A stretch of 63,393 bases of DNA, filler included, from Octopus bimaculoides (GCF_001194135.2; 4 parts of 4 records of this genome joined end to end with filler, not necessarily neighbours in it), one strand, 5' to 3'; shown: positions 38,934-50,864, counted from the whole stretch's first letter. A program made the numbers and translations. Notes: generated by a model from the letters alone, not told the origin.

Positions 38934-40045
38934 CGAAACTCTAAAACAACGTGTGCAGGCAAAAACATTAAAGGTGTAAAGCTACACTGATCGCATATCG
39001 CAGTTCCAGCAAAACAGTTTATCCTCAAATAACCAGAGGCAGTTTTTAAGATCTTAGGATATACAAAAGATAATATACCACCTGAAGCGGAGGAAACCCG
39101 CCAGTTTTGGAATAAGATCTTGGGGAAAGAAGTTTCCTACAACCACGGTGCTAAGTGGATTCATTCCGTGAGATCCGAACTCCATCGCCCGGAGGCTCCG
39201 CGAGAGGATCATGTACGCATAACAACGGAAGATGTAACTGCACGGGTATTAAAACTGCCAAACTGGAAATTGGCAGGACCAGACGGAATTCAAGGCTTTT
39301 GGCTCAAGTGGGTTAGGTCAACACACAAGCGAATTGCGTTGCAATTAGACAATTGCCTACAAAGAAGTGCAGTTCCGGAATGGATTGTTGAGGGAAAGAC
39401 AACATTATTGATGAAAGATGTGTTTGTCAATTACCGACCTATTACTTGTCTTAACCTCTTATGGAAAGTGTTAACAGGCATTCTCGCAAGAAAAATATAT
39501 CCGTTCCTTTCGGAAAACAATCTACTTCCCGTAGAACAAAAGGGATGCCGAAAAAGATCCAAGGGCACCAAGTACCAACTTGTGATAGACAAGGTTGTAA
39601 TGAAGAACTACAAACGGAGCCAAAAAGCTTGTACATGGCCTGGATAGGCTTTAAAAAGGCTTATGACATGTTGCCGCATTCGTGGATTCTGGAAATATTC
39701 GACATGTGTGGAATAGCTGAGAACGTGTGTGCACTGATTAAGAACAACATGTCTAGTTGGAAAAAAAGTCTCTTCTGTAACAACCAGCACTTAGCCGAGG
39801 TAACAATCAAAAGAGATATCTTACAGGAAGATTCCTGTTCACCTTTTTTATTAGCTATAGCCTTTATCCAACTTTCTGTCGTCCTACACAAAGTCAATGC
39901 GCACTGTGAACTGAGAAAGAATGGACCTAGTTTCAACCACATTCTCTTCATGCATGATTTAAAACTGTTCGCAAAAAACAGAGCCTGAAAAGAAAAGACT
40001 GGTTGAGACTGTGCAGATGTGCAGCAAGGATATAGGGCTGCATCC
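38934..40045 (+). mobile_element. R4/Dong-clade non-LTR retrotransposon RT fragment (frameshifted)
   Basis: Starts directly after (TAA)n. PNWKLAGPDG, NYRPITCL, EQKGCR, MAWIGFKKAYDMLPHSW, KRDILQEDSCSP, NHILFMHDLKLF. Confidence 0.9.
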
Positions 40046-41164
40046 ATTCTGAAATGGACTTGAGCGGGGATTAGCCAACTCGATCGCATTACCCGAAAGA
40101 CAACGACAAATTTCATGACTGTCAGCAGCAGTTCAGCAGTTTCTTCATAATGGAAGGTGATTTATTGGCCGGAAAGAATATTAATGGTCTGGGATCGTAT
40201 TCAATATTGAATACGAACCCAGTCAGTGAAGGATGTTCATAGATTGATGAAAAACTTGTCTGAAAGTTGTCTTGCTGCATAATGGCAGTAATGAACATTC
40301 AGCTCTTGTGCGCTATGCATCGCATATGAAAGGAACTTATGAGAATATAAAGCTTATGCTGCAATGCATAAAATATAGTGAATATCAATGGCAGCTCTGT
40401 TGTCACTTAAAGATCGTTGCTTTTGTAATGGGCTTGCAGGGCGGATGCACCAAGTACTCTGCTCTCTGTGTGAATGGGACAGCCATGCAAGAGATTCCCA
40501 CTGTATCAGGAGAGACTGGCCACCTCGTCATCCATTGAAGCCTGGGATGAACAATGCTCAACATCCACTTCTCACTGAACCAAACAACACGATAAACTTT
40601 GCAAAGGCTATGAACAAATCCAGTCAGGGATTCATGTATATCAAAATTCCCCCAACTGAGCGACATTACCATAGAAGAAGGAGTTTTCATTTATCTTCAG
40701 AATTGGTAGAAAACCTCATCAAGGCTTACAAGAACATGGGATGTAACATGTCACGTTAAATCCACGTTTTGGACTCACATTTAGACTTTTCTCCAGCGAA
40801 CTGTGGGGCAGTTAGTGACGAACATAGTCAAGGGCTTCACCAACATATTTCAACCATGGACAAGTGATACCAGGGAAAAATGATGCAAAACGATGCTTGC
40901 TGGACATTGGCAAGAGATTATTCTTCAGCCCTCTATAAGCGTCAAGTATAAAGGCAGAGAGTAGATACGGACGACAGCTTTAGATATAATGACACATATT
41001 GTAGGCTGTACTAAAATAATCAAATATCACGTGTCATGTATTTTTATGCCTATAGCTAATAAGCATTTTTCAAGGTGATATTTGGATTCAGGACATGAAA
41101 ATACGTAAGAATTAACCAATCTCATTTAAGAGGCACACAACTTTTCAAAAATTGTTGACTAGTG
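40046..41164 (+). mobile_element. Chapaev3-like DNA transposon, 3' portion with right TIR
   Basis: LCEWDSHARDSHCIRRDWPPR, NFAKAMNK, ELVENLIKAYKNMGCNMS, then HVLDSHLDFSPANCGAVSDEH. The right end TTGTTGACTAGTG is the reverse complement of CACTAGTCAACAA. Family name is from recalled motifs. Confidence 0.7.
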
Positions 41165-41166
41165 TC

Positions 41167-41230
<64 letters not shown>

Positions 41231-41232
41231 TA

Positions 41233-41470
41233 GGAAGTGCAAAAAATCGTGCTAACTGGAACGACTCATGTACTGAGAAGAGCATTATCGCTGTGAAAAC
41301 AACATCCATTCATTAATTTTTTTTTTCTTAAATACATGTTTTACCTGTGAATTTGCGTGTGTAAACTGGGAATGCATACAACGAGTTTCTCTGCCCTAGG
41401 TGTACGAAAAACACTCGGCGAGAAATGGAAGAAAATTTGAAGAAAGAAGAAGAAAAAACAACATAATAAT
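41233..41470 (+). mobile_element. 3' tip of an R4/Dong element between (TAA)n tracts
   Basis: EVQKIVLTGTTHVLRRALSL*, then a 3' UTR ending in (TAA)n; preceded by (TAA)n at 41168-41228. Confidence 0.75.
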
Positions 41471-42469
41471 AATGATAATAAGTATCATGTCTAATTCGTA
41501 TGGTTAGTCAATACGATAATTAACTGAAATTTTCTGCACTATAGTACAGGAAATTTCATCATTTACATTTTTATTTTCAATTCTACATTCCGGTTAGTAT
41601 CATTTCAATCGTCTTTAGATGCTTTATTTCAATATATATAAATTTTATTCTGTTTGATGTTGAAGCAGTAGTTAAGAATGATGGCAGAGTGGTTGAGAAT
41701 GTTGAAACCCTTCGTTAGAATTATGAGATATATATAGAAATAGCGCGCACGAAAACACCTGCTCATTGAATCATTCGGTAGAAAAAGCATGCACGATGAT
41801 ATTAAGAAACGACAGGATTGAAATCTTAATGGCGTAGGAGCATTCTTATTTTGAAAAGAGTCGAAGTAAGCGATTACCTTAATGGAATATAATACAATCA
41901 GTAAGATATATTTCGGTGTCTTTAATCTCACAAAAGCCTGTGTTCCACACATGTAGCCGATATTTACAAAATTCACATACACTCAAGGAGAAAGTAACAC
42001 GGAGACATGACAATCGCAAGATTAGAATTATAAATTACTACTCTACCTAAAAAGAAGTTGTACAAATTATGTCCTGGAAACGAAAATGTTATAAAAACAT
42101 TCAATATCGATTTTTAATTCTTTTAGATAATACAAGTAATGTCAGATGCAGTCCTAGATTGCAATCCAAAAAAATTATTTTACCATTTAAATACGAGAAT
42201 GTTACATGCATTCCTAGATTACGAGACAAAAACTGTGTTACCATTAAAACAAAATCTCACACTAATTAAAAACTGATTCTCGGCATCGAGACTAAGAACA
42301 TGATACTTAGCGTTGTAAATAAAAATCGGTAGTAAGAAGAGCGAATAACAATCACTATTTTCAAGTTTTATACACTTACATGAGGCAGTGTAAAGTAAAT
42401 GAATTGAAAATGGGCAAGTAGGAAGGTTTATCACTTAAAGTTTGGTATAAGCTTATAATAATTATAAGC

Positions 42470-42512
<43 letters not shown>

Positions 42513-42561
42513 TATTATTATTATTATTATTATTATTATAATTATTATTATTATTATTATT

Positions 42562-42847
42562 AATATAGAAAGGATTGAGGCAACTCCTCCTGAAGATATA
42601 GAGTCAAAATTAAAAGAAGAGTGCCATTGTTATCTAGTGAACGATATTTCAACAATTTGTGTGTCTTCAACTGGTTCAAAAAATAAATTTGTCAATCTAC
42701 TTCATTTTGGTTAATATAGAAAGGATTGAGGTAACTCCTCCTGAAGATATAGAATCAAAATTAAAAGAAGAGTGCCATTGTTATCTAGTGAACGATATTT
42801 CAACAATTTGTGTGTCTTCAACTGGTTCAAAAAATAAATTTGTCAAT
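42562..42847. repeat. 151-bp tandem duplication at a contig end
   Basis: Units start at 42562 and 42713, 2 differences seen; the second copy runs into a gap. Confidence 0.85.
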
Positions 42848-42947
42848 NNNNNNNNNNNNNNNNNNNNNNNNNNNNNNNNNNNNNNNNNNNNTTAATTAAT
42901 TAANNNNNNNNNNNNNNNNNNNNNNNNNNNNNNNNNNNNNNNNNNNN

Positions 42948-43545
42948 CTGTGTGCCACGATAAGAAAGACTGTTTGTTGTCTGCTGCGTTTTTGATTTTG
43001 TCGATTTGGCTTTGAATGTATCTTTGCTGTTCCGTCTGATATAATGCATTAAGTTCTTTCAGCGCCTTCAGTTTTCTATTTAAGTTTCTTCCCATAGGAT
43101 TCCTGTTGTGCTGTTTGGTTATTTCCTTTATGTTAATTCTTTTCTGCGATGCATTTTTCAGCTGCTACATAATGATCTTGAACGAAGTTGAGGTATGTTG
43201 CGCTCGGTGTGTGATCTTCGTTTGCATCTTGTAATGCATCGAAGCGATTTCTGTGTTTGATCAAGAAGTCATTTCGGACTTTCTCGTTGTACGTCAGAAT
43301 AGCCCAGTTGTAGGGCGGTCTTGAGGTTACTTTTATCTTGTTTGCTCTGTGGCTCACCTGAAGCTTAGATGTTACCTTTCGATGGTCAGATGATACACCA
43401 AAGAAAGTGTTGCATGCTTCACAGTTGTGGCAGCTGTTAATCCACATTTTGTTCATGATAAAATAGACTAGCTGAGCGTTGAATCCGTTTGGGGAAGTAT
43501 GGGTCCACTTCTTTCCCGGTCTCTTCTGAAAACAAGTTTTCAGGC
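42948..43545 (-). mobile_element. RTE-like LINE fragment (AP-endonuclease C-terminus and linker)
   Basis: KKWTHTSPNGFNAQLVYFIMNKMWINS...SDHRKVTSKL...RNRFDALQ. Confidence 0.8.
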
Positions 43546-43794
43546 ATTGTGAACTGGATACTGTTACTCAGGAAGAGACTATTCTAGAGTATGTTCTGCC
43601 TTATCTTCGAAACGTCTTGTTAGAATAGAGGCAGCTGACGAAGGATTAATTCCAAGTGGCTATCTGTTTTCCCATGTGTTTGTTCTGTGGTCTGTAGTTC
43701 ATTGTTCTAACGTCCTGTACTCTTATATGCATCTATATACACATGTAGATGTAAGTATGTACATATATGTGTATACATGCATATATATTCTTTG

Positions 43795-43844
<50 letters not shown>

Positions 43845-44191
43845 TGATCTTTAATATGAAAACTAACATTGGTAAAAATTCCTCTCACTCCTAGACAAAC
43901 NNNNNNNNNNNNNNNNNNNNNNNNNNNNNNNNNNNNNNNNNNNNNNNNNNNNNNNNNNNNNNNNNNNNNNNNNNNNNNNNNNNNNNNNNNNNNNNNNNNN
44001 NNNNNNNNNNNNNNNNNNNNNNNNNNNNNNNNNNNNNNNNNNNNNNNNNNNNNNNNNNNNNNNNNNNNNNNNNNNNNNNNNNNNNNNNNNNNNNNNNNNN
44101 NNNNNNNNNNNNNNNNNNNNNNNNNNNNNNNNNNNNNNNNNNNNNNNNNNNNNNNNNNNNNNNNNNNNNNNNNNNNNNNNNNNNNNNNNNN

Positions 44192-44261
<70 letters not shown>

Positions 44262-45734
44262 CATGTTCAAACATATGTGAGTGGTGGTATTCCATGCTTG
44301 TCACCAGCAGTGACGGTGTTGACATTTTGACCAGTAGCTCTGTGCTTTTGGAAACCTCTGCAATTAAAAATATCATCTTACTTGAAAACAGATAGAGGGG
44401 GTTATCAACAAGAAGAGCATCTGGCCATAAATATCCTGCCTCATGTAAATCCTTGTCAAAACCCTTAAAAGCATTGGAAACAAGCGGTAATAACGAACAA
44501 GTGAAATTTGCGAGAGACTGTCTTACCAAAATAAGTACAATGAAATGAAGCAATATAGACAAGTGTTGAAGTAAATTATAAAACAATAACTTTAATCTTC
44601 CGAAGAAACTTATAGAAAATACATTTTGAAAGTTATAAAAATACATTTTGAAGGTTAAAAAAATACATTGAGAAAATTATAAAAAATATTTCTTGAATTA
44701 TAACAGCTTTTTTTTGAGGAGCTAAAGAATAACAACAACTATAAAGAAGTAAAAAAAAAAAAACCCTTTTTAAACAGATATTTTGATATATTTCCCGTTA
44801 ACTCTTTAACCATACTTGTTTCTATTGTATTTCAAATTATTTAGTAAGTTACTATAAACTGATATTTTTTTGTACTAGCAAATACCAGTAATTATTATGG
44901 AGGTTTAAGCTCTGCCAATCATTTGTCCTAGTTGCACTTGTATGACACAAAGGATTATGGGACTCATTGCTGTCATCATTAATTATCACAGGTAATTTAC
45001 TTATATTAATTTAATCCACACATGCCCTATTCCGGATAATTTTTCTCTCAGTCTTTGTATCCAAGAAGAAAAAAATTATTAGTATCCCGAGTACAGTTAG
45101 TGATTGTGAGCCTTTCCCAAACATATTAGTAGTGTTAGCAAAAGTGAAATGGCTTCATTGAATAATCAAGAGCTGCTAATGGATTTTCCCCTTTTAAGTA
45201 TTGGTTTACATTTACAGCATTCATCACAGTAAGTTATTAGGTTCTCAGATAAATTTGTTTTCTTTTTCTTCTATTTATTTCAATCCTTTCTAATGTTATT
45301 TGAATCAACACAAATTGTTTTTATTGTAATGTTATATGCCTTTTATTTTTATTTTTTTGTTTGTTCTGTTGCTTTACCCTTTCTCAACAACTTTCATTTA
45401 TCGTATAGCCTACGCATGTCCTCCACAGTCATGGCCCATGTTTCACTGTCATGAAGCATGGTGGTTCACACACATGCATTGTACAATCTACCTTTCACTC
45501 TGTGCGAGAGGCCCTTTGTCACCAGTAGGGGTAGAAGCTTTCCAACTTCTTTTCAGACATACAGCATTGAATTACCAAGTAGGAAAAACAAAAACAAAAA
45601 CAAAACAATTTCATCTGACAACCAAATAGTATAAATTTGTGGCAGAAATTCTATTGAGAGAAAGTATGGTACAATGATGTATAAGAAAATAGAGAAAATG
45701 TTGTTATAATGACTCATAAGTCACAAAATGTTGC

Positions 45735-45878
45735 CTAAGAACCATTGCTGATTTTGTACATATCTGAAATATGTTGCTGAAAAGTTTTCAATAATTGGAA
45801 TCGTTTATTCTTCAGTGTTGATGAAATGAGACCATTTTCAATTCCGAATGGGACCGAAGTGAGAGTGATAGCCTTTAC
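45735..45878 (-). CDS. ACSL: Long-chain acyl-CoA synthetase, last coding exon (144 nt incl. TAG)
   Basis: Acceptor ttttttttgtttcAG; VKAITLTSVPFGIENGLISSTLKNKRFQLLKTFQQHISDMYKISNGS*. Confidence 0.9.
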   Translation of the reverse strand, partial: VKAITLTSVPFGIENGLISSTLKNKRFQLLKTFQQHISDMYKISNGS

Positions 45879-45994
45879 CTGAAACAAAAAAAAAAAAAAA
45901 TTCACACAGGTAAAATATTATAGATTTTATGAAAAAGAAGATACAAAGTTATGTAGAGTTAATGCAACGTAAAGTTAATTTAATATTTGATTAC

Positions 45995-46182
45995 AATTTT
46001 TGGCACAAGGTCCACAATTTGAGGGGAGGGGACTAGTCGATTACATACTTTATTTTATCAACCTTAAAACGATAAAAGGTAAAGTCGACCCGGGTGGTAT
46101 TTGAACTCAGAACATAAAATCAAAAGAAATGCCACAAAGCATTTTTCCCCAGTGCAGTAACAGTTCTGCCAGTTCACCACCT
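45995..46182 (-). mobile_element. tRNA-SINE (family of 4856-5765) in ACSL intron
   Basis: TTTTGGCACAAGG..AAGTCGACCCGGGTGGTATTTGAACTCAGAAC..TTCTGCCAGTTCACCACCTTA. Confidence 0.8.
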
Positions 46183-46194
46183 TATGGTAATCCA

Positions 46195-46775
46195 ATCATC
46201 ATCATCATCATCATCGTTCAACATGCGTTTCCATGCTAGCATGGGTTGGATGGTTCGACTGGGGTCTGGGAAGCCAGGAGGCTGCACCAGGCTCCAGTCT
46301 GATCTGGCTGTGTTTCTACAGCTGGATGCCCTTCCTAACACCATCCACTCCATGAGTGAAGCGAGTGCTTTTTACGTGCCACCGGCACAGGGGCCAGTGC
46401 AGGCTGGCAACAGTCACGATCACTTGGTGCTTTTTATGTGCCACCGGTATGGAAGCCAGTCAAGGTGGCGCTGGCATCGGCCACGGTCAGATGGTGCTTT
46501 TTATGTGTTACCAGCACGGGTATCACAACTACAATTTCCATTTGATTTTCATTTTTATGCTGATGTACTTGACTCAATAGGTCTCCTCAAGCATGGCAGG
46601 TCATCCTATGGTTCAAGGTACTTTTGAATGGGCTGGGACTGGTTAGGTGAAACTGGTGTAGGATACAGCCATGAACTCACTATATTTACTGGGTCTTCAC
46701 AGTCACAGTGTATCTCCAGAGGTCAAACCCCCCCATGCCAGCATGGAAGGTGGATGTTAAATGATGATGATGATG
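46195..46775. mobile_element. RTE-type 3'-end repeat with (CAT)n tail, two opposed ends
   Basis: (CAT)n-CGTTCAACATGCGTTTCCATGCTAGCATGGGTTGG at the left and CCATGCCAGCATGGAAGG..GTTAAA-(TGA)n at the right. Confidence 0.7.
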
Positions 46776-46964
46776 ATGAAAATGGCAAGCTGAAAGAACC
46801 GTTAGCATGCCAGACAAACTGTTTAGTAATGTTGATGTTATGTTAATGTTATGTTAATGTAATGTTAATGTAATGCTAATGTAATGTTAAAGTAATGTAA
46901 CATTAACATTATGTTATTGTAATGTTGATGTAACATAATCTAATTTTTTCTTTTATCTTTTACC

Positions 46965-47560
46965 TCTTATTTGTTTCAATCACCAGACTGAGGCCAAGCT
47001 GGGGCACCACATTTTCTTTTTAAAACCTGGTACTTATTCTGTTAGTCTCTTTTACTGAACTGCTAAGTTATGGGGGATGTAAACACACCAATACCAGTTG
47101 TCAAGCAGTGGTGGGGGACAAACACAGACACAAAGATACACACACAGAAACACACACAAAGACACACACATATACACACAGACAGACACACAAAGACACA
47201 AACACGGACATACACACAAAGACACAGACACACACACACAAAAACACACATAGACACAAAGACACACACAGCCACACACCTACACCCCATACCCCCACAC
47301 TTACACTCATATATAAGGTGTGTGGCTTAGTGGTTAGTGTATTTGACTCATGGTCTGCAAGGTCATGAGTTCTATTCCTTGAGCAAGGCACTTTATTTTA
47401 TTCTATTTTTTTTTTTTGTTGCTCTAGTCTACCCACCTGGTAGAAATGAGTTGTACCTATAATTCAAAGAGCCAGCCCTGTCACATTCTGTGTCGTGCTG
47501 AAACTCCCTAAGAACTATTGTTAAGGGTATGTGAATCTGTGGAGCTGCCAAAACAGACCT
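46965..47560. mobile_element. Two adjacent SINE fragments (minus, then plus)
   Basis: GGTACTTATTCT..GAACTGCTAAGTTATGGGGGATGTAAACACACC, then the head GTGTGGCTTAGTGGTTAGTGTATTTGACTC. Confidence 0.6.
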
Positions 47561-47775
47561 TGCTGGTGCTGGTGCCATGTAAAAAGCACTCAGTCCACTC
47601 TGCAGGGTGGTCAGTATTAGGAAGGACATCCAACCATAAAAAAAAACATACCAAAACAGGCAGCCAAGGCTGGTGCAGTCTTCTGCCTTGACAGACCCTG
47701 TCAAACAGTCCAACCCATGCCACCATGGAAAGCAAACGTTAAATGAAGATGATGATGATGATGATGATGATGATG
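47560..47775 (+). mobile_element. RTE-type 3'-end repeat with (GAT)n tail
   Basis: TAGGAAGGACATCCAACC...CCAACCCATGCCACCATGGAAAGC..GTTAAA(TGA)n. Confidence 0.75.
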
Positions 47776-47817
47776 CTCACTGTATGTACTCTAACTATTA
47801 ACTGAGAAAGTACGTAC

Positions 47818-47889
47818 CTGTTCAAAACCTTTCAAATCATGTTTTTTACCTATTTCTTGAATATCGGTCAAAATAATGCTCTTTATTTC
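47818..47889 (-). CDS. ACSL: ACSL exon (72 nt, phase 0-0)
   Basis: ttttatttctAG / GTACGT; EIKSIILTDIQEIGKKHDLKGFEQ. Confidence 0.92.
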
Positions 47890-47919
47890 CTAGAAATAAA
47901 AAATAATAATAATAATTAA

Positions 47920-47950
<31 letters not shown>

Positions 47951-47951
<1 letters not shown>

Positions 47952-48780
47952 GAGAGACTGAAGGATTTTTAATTGCTGCACAAGACCAAAGCCTCCCCAC
48001 CAGAAATTACCAAAAACACATAATGAAAAGAAATATAACAAGTAACTGTAGAATATGTGGAGATCGACAAGAAACAATAAATCATATTATCTCTGGCTGC
48101 CCAGTCCTGGCTAAGAAGGAATATATTCACAGACACGACAGAGCTGGGACCTATATACACTGGAAGCTATGCCAACATTATGGAATAGCAACAGAAAAAA
48201 GATGGTATAAACACACGCCAGAAAAGGTCACAGAAAACGAGAAAGCAACCATACTCTGGGATATGCCAATACACACAGATAGAGAAATTAAGGCAAATAG
48301 ACCAGATATAGTTGTCAAAGATCATGAAGGAAAAAAATGCCTTCTAATTGATNNNNNNNNNNNNNNNNNNNNNNNNNNNNNNNNNNNNNNNNNNNNNNNN
48401 NNNNNNNNNNNNNNNNNNNNNNNNNNNNNNNNNNNNNNNNNNNNNNNNNNNNNNNNNNNNNNNNNNNNNNNNNNNNNNNNNNNNNNNNNNNNNNNNNNNN
48501 NNNNNNNNNNNNNNNNNNNNNNNNNNNNNNNNNNNNNNNNNNNNNNNNNNNNNNNNNNNNNNNNNNNNNNNNNNNNNNNNNNNNNNNNNNNNNNNNNNNN
48601 NNNNNNNNNNNNNNNNNNNNNNNNNNNNNNNNNNNNNNNNNNNNNAAGTACGTTATAAAAATAAAACTACTGAATAATAATAATAATAATAATATCCAAA
48701 TATATACAACATACAGAAAATTGCACTACTGGACACTGCACACATCCTACGCAAAACACTTTCAATACAGTAACCATAAG
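47951..48780 (+). mobile_element. R4/Dong-clade 3' fragment(s) (zinc knuckle plus REL endonuclease) in a (TAA)n tract
   Basis: ETEGFLIAAQDQ, CRICGDRQETINHIISGC, RHD, NRPDIVV, and after the gap IQKIALLDTAHILRKTLS; bounded by (TAA)n. Confidence 0.9.
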
Positions 48781-49149
48781 ACGATATGTGCATCTCTGAT
48801 CATGAGCAGAAATAGTTGGGGAGCATCATAGCCATGTGTTGAGAGGAATTCTTCGGAGTTTGGATAATTCACCTTTGGAAACATGGGTGTTTTGTTCATC
48901 ATCCTTAAACAACCCTTATTCAGGGACCTTTTGAGTGGATTAAGCTACTTGACCTGAAAAAAATTCTAACTGGGCCCCTCCTGGTCATGTGCTGTTTAAC
49001 TTGATGTGAGATCACCACGTTGCTACGCATGGCCGTGATGCATGTGCCTGGTGCACCCTTATCAGATGGGTAGTCATGATGGGTATACTGGGCTTCGTAT
49101 ATTTTACCCCAGTGTCACTTTGATGGCATGTGCTGCTCTCTCACTCAAT

Positions 49150-49199
<50 letters not shown>

Positions 49200-49459
49200 T
49201 AATGATAATAATATTTAAAAATGTGTCTTTGTGTCTGTGTTTGTCACCCACCACCTCTTGAGAACCGGTGTTGGTGTGCTTACATCCCCATAACTTAGCT
49301 GGTTGGCAAAAGAGATTGATAGAATAAGTTTAAGAGTTATGTCAAGAGTATTATTCGGGATATATCAAACAATGGCTAACTAAAAGTTTGAAAACAAGTG
49401 TGGCTATTTAGGATAAAATTGTGAAAATACTATGGACAGGTAGGAAAATATTAATTTAC

Positions 49460-49561
49460 CTTGTTGTCACAGAGTTCTTCAAATGTTCCTTCTATTCCTT
49501 TCAACTTTGCTAGTTCAAGTAAGTTCTCATCATTTGGAACAACTATGGCCACAATGTAGGA
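49460..49561 (-). CDS. ACSL: ACSL exon (102 nt, phase 0-0)
   Basis: ttttttcAG / GTAAAT; SYIVAIVVPNDENLLELAKLKGIEGTFEELCDNK. Confidence 0.92.
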
Positions 49562-49952
49562 CTGAAAAAAATGCAATACAAAAATTATTAAGATTTAAAA
49601 TTGAAGCAAACACTAAATTTATAGTGGAGATGGATTTAAGATTCAACTTTCATAAAAGAATTGGTAATGTTAATAAAGTGAATTTACTTCAATGGGAATT
49701 GAACCATGATCACAGATTTATCTCATTGTTATATTACTTCTGTTCCATGGAATTCAATAGAAAATGTTCAGAAAGGCTTTTTGTATAAGCGAAGTATGTT
49801 TGCCACTTAAATGCGGCTAACCCCTAAGGGCGAATGCTACTGTAGCTTGTAGCCCCAGGAGAACATCTCCAGCTGGCTATTGACACACTTTCTGTGCCCT
49901 GTCGGTATTTGCAAAGGGAAGTCATCCTTCCCATCATCGATCTGATGTGATA

Positions 49953-49997
49953 CGCACGGACCCGAGTTTCTGAGCATTTACCCTTCGTCAGCGTACG
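49953..49997 (-). ncRNA. Type I hammerhead ribozyme, apparently complete, on the ACSL sense strand
   Basis: CGTACG-CTGACGA-A-GGGT-AAAT-GCTC-A-GAAAC-TCGG-GTC-CGTGCG: 6-bp stem I, intact core, GUC triplet (cut between 49959 and 49958). Confidence 0.75.
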
Positions 49998-50009
49998 ACA
50001 ATCACCGAT

Positions 50010-50048
50010 CTGAGGAAGGGTAAACACCCAGAAACATGGGTCCGTGCG
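50010..50048 (+). ncRNA. Second hammerhead core lacking its own 5' stem I strand
   Basis: CTGAGGA-A-GGGT-AAAC-ACCC-A-GAAAC-ATGG-GTC-CGTGCG; the upstream ACCGAT does not pair with CGTGCG. Confidence 0.6.
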
Positions 50049-50864
50049 TATCACATCAGATCGACGATGGGAAGGATGACTTCCCTTTGCAAATACCGAG
50101 AGGGCACAGAAAGTGTGTCAATAGCCAGCTGGAGGAGGTGCCCTCCTGGGGCTACTAGCTACAGTAGCATTCACCCTTAGTGGTTAGCCGCATTTAAGTG
50201 GCAAATATACTTCACGTTGTCGTGCTGCTACTGTTTATACCTCGTTCAGAGATTTATTAATTAATATAGCATTTTGTGAAATCATGTATTGAATGATATA
50301 TTGTTGTTGGTTCTTGGGAGGATCATTTTACCAATGAAAACATGTGCACTGATTATATTTAACTTCTTTTAATATTATCAATTAACTAGAAAAGTGGTGA
50401 ACTGGACAAACTGCTTAGCAAAATTTCTTTGCACTTTTTAAGATCTTAGTTCAAACTCCGCTGAGGCTGACTTTGCCAGGAACTTTTCAGTACTCCTTCT
50501 ACATTGAGTACTTGTTTAAAAAAAAAATCTAGCACTCAATTGGCTTCGACACACAAGGGTTCCAGTTGACCTGATCAATAGAACAGTCTTTTAACTCTTT
50601 TACTCTTTTACTTGTTTCAGTCATTTGACTGTGGCCATGCTGGAGCACTGCCTTTAGTCGAGCAAATCAACCTCTATACTTGTTTACAGAGGGTAAGTAT
50701 ACATACATTGCACTAATGTTTACGGGGATGAAGTGAACACATATTGTACTTGGAGTTTACACTGTGAGCAATACATATATATATTGCCTCTTCTGTTTAA
50801 GGGGCTGTGGGTGTATTTACATTGTTCCTTGCACTTTATAGTGATGAAGTATACATACATGTAG

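Larger units (their letters stand above)
49791..50213. mobile_element. 423-bp foldback (arms 49791-49991 and 50010-50213, 18-nt spacer) with HHRs at the inner ends
   Basis: Arms are near-perfect reverse complements (GAAGTAT.TTTGCCACTTAAATGCGGC...GATCTGATGTGATACGCACGGACCC). Confidence 0.92.

Noticed and set aside
42562-42847. 151-bp tandem as a duplicated exon
   Set aside because: Stops in the unit, no recognisable domain, and it sits at a contig end where haplotype overlap artefacts are common.
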